A DNA stretch of 24,138 bases from Gammaproteobacteria bacterium (GTDB lineage Bacteria; Pseudomonadota; Gammaproteobacteria; SURF-13), in NCBI GenBank assembly GCA_043721815.1, contig JAYSPZ010000164.1, positions 1 through 24,138 on the forward strand, in the 5' to 3' direction. The notes below the pieces were generated by a model, which was not told the origin of the DNA, did not search any database, and saw only the letters and a program-made list of their open reading frames with translations. Below, piece after piece: positions 23,765-24,138 of the stretch; positions within the stretch are counted from its first letter, which is position 1; each line of letters opens with the position of its first letter. Both the position numbers and the translations under genes were made by a program.

Positions 23765-24138
23765 GTGAACCCTGACAAAAAAATCGTTCTTCCCGGAGGT
23801 GCCGGCCTGGTCGGTCAAAATCTTGTCGCGTGTCTTAAGCGTCGGGGCTATAACAATCTGATTGTGCTTGACAAGCATCGCGCCAACCTAAAGATTCTTC
23901 GGCAATTCCACCCGGACATCGTGGCCGAATATGCCGACCTGGCCGAGCCTGGAGAGTGGGAAAAACACTTTGACGGTGCCGATGCCGTTATTATGCTTCA
24001 GGCACAGATCGGCGGCCCGAACCCTGAGCCTTTTATGCAAAACAATGTCACCTCGACCGATCTGATTCTGGAGGCTATCAAGCACTACGCTGTACCTTAT
24101 ACGGTGCATATCAGTTCCTCGGTAGTAAATTCCGTAGC
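23765..24138 (+). CDS. NAD-dependent epimerase/dehydratase, 3'-truncated by window edge
   Basis: Not in the ORF track. GGAG SD then GTG: MNPDKKIVLPGGAGLVGQNLV...LDK...YADL...NNV...HISSSVV, with a GxxGxxG Rossmann motif, open to the window end. Confidence 0.9.
   Translation, partial: MNPDKKIVLPGGAGLVGQNLVACLKRRGYNNLIVLDKHRANLKILRQFHPDIVAEYADLAEPGEWEKHFDGADAVIMLQAQIGGPNPEPFMQNNVTSTDLILEAIKHYAVPYTVHISSSVVNSV

Noticed and set aside
37-24109. Numerous 60-260 aa ORFs in the track overlapping real genes (e.g. 37-381, 2951-3550, 4205-4816, 8601-9323, 10504-11253, 14553-15179, 21527-22312, 23888-24109)
   Set aside because: They are antisense or off-frame shadows of genes with clear family motifs, with no motifs or SD of their own. 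The His-rich look of 2977-3480 comes from the reverse strand of the copA Met repeats.
1-24138. Integrase, transposase, tRNA, rRNA or IS ends
   Set aside because: None recognisable. Any mobility inferred from dif or REPs would need factors encoded outside the window.

Overview
Proteobacterial DNA that appears to lie at the replication terminus, with a 25/28 match to the E. coli XerCD dif site at 11991-12018. Left of dif is the 3' part of a TatD DNase, then an 11.2-kb heavy-metal cluster entirely on the minus strand with no regulator gene. In transcription order it holds a His/Cys-containing upstream ORF ending in a RAPP-like 'PHAPPL*' motif, a TolC-family outer-membrane factor, an adaptor lacking the alpha-helical hairpin, an HME-RND pump, a secreted helical protein, copA (multicopper oxidase with Met-rich repeats), copB, a CusF-like chaperone and a DUF2231 membrane protein. 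Right of dif are an unannotated 39-aa membrane microprotein, a TPR/Slam(DUF560)-like barrel plus FecR-domain pair, and a VOC/methyltransferase/PaaK-like ligase operon bracketed by GTAG-type REP elements. The window ends with a polyprenyl-phospho-arabinose pathway (HAD-UbiA, DprE1-like, DprE2-like, a large GT-C-like membrane protein, a partial epimerase). The strongest novelty candidate is a metal-sensing ribosome-arrest leader with a switchable SD-masking hairpin upstream of an atypical hairpin-less tripartite efflux pump. Family calls come from motif recognition by eye; no searches or folding programs were run.
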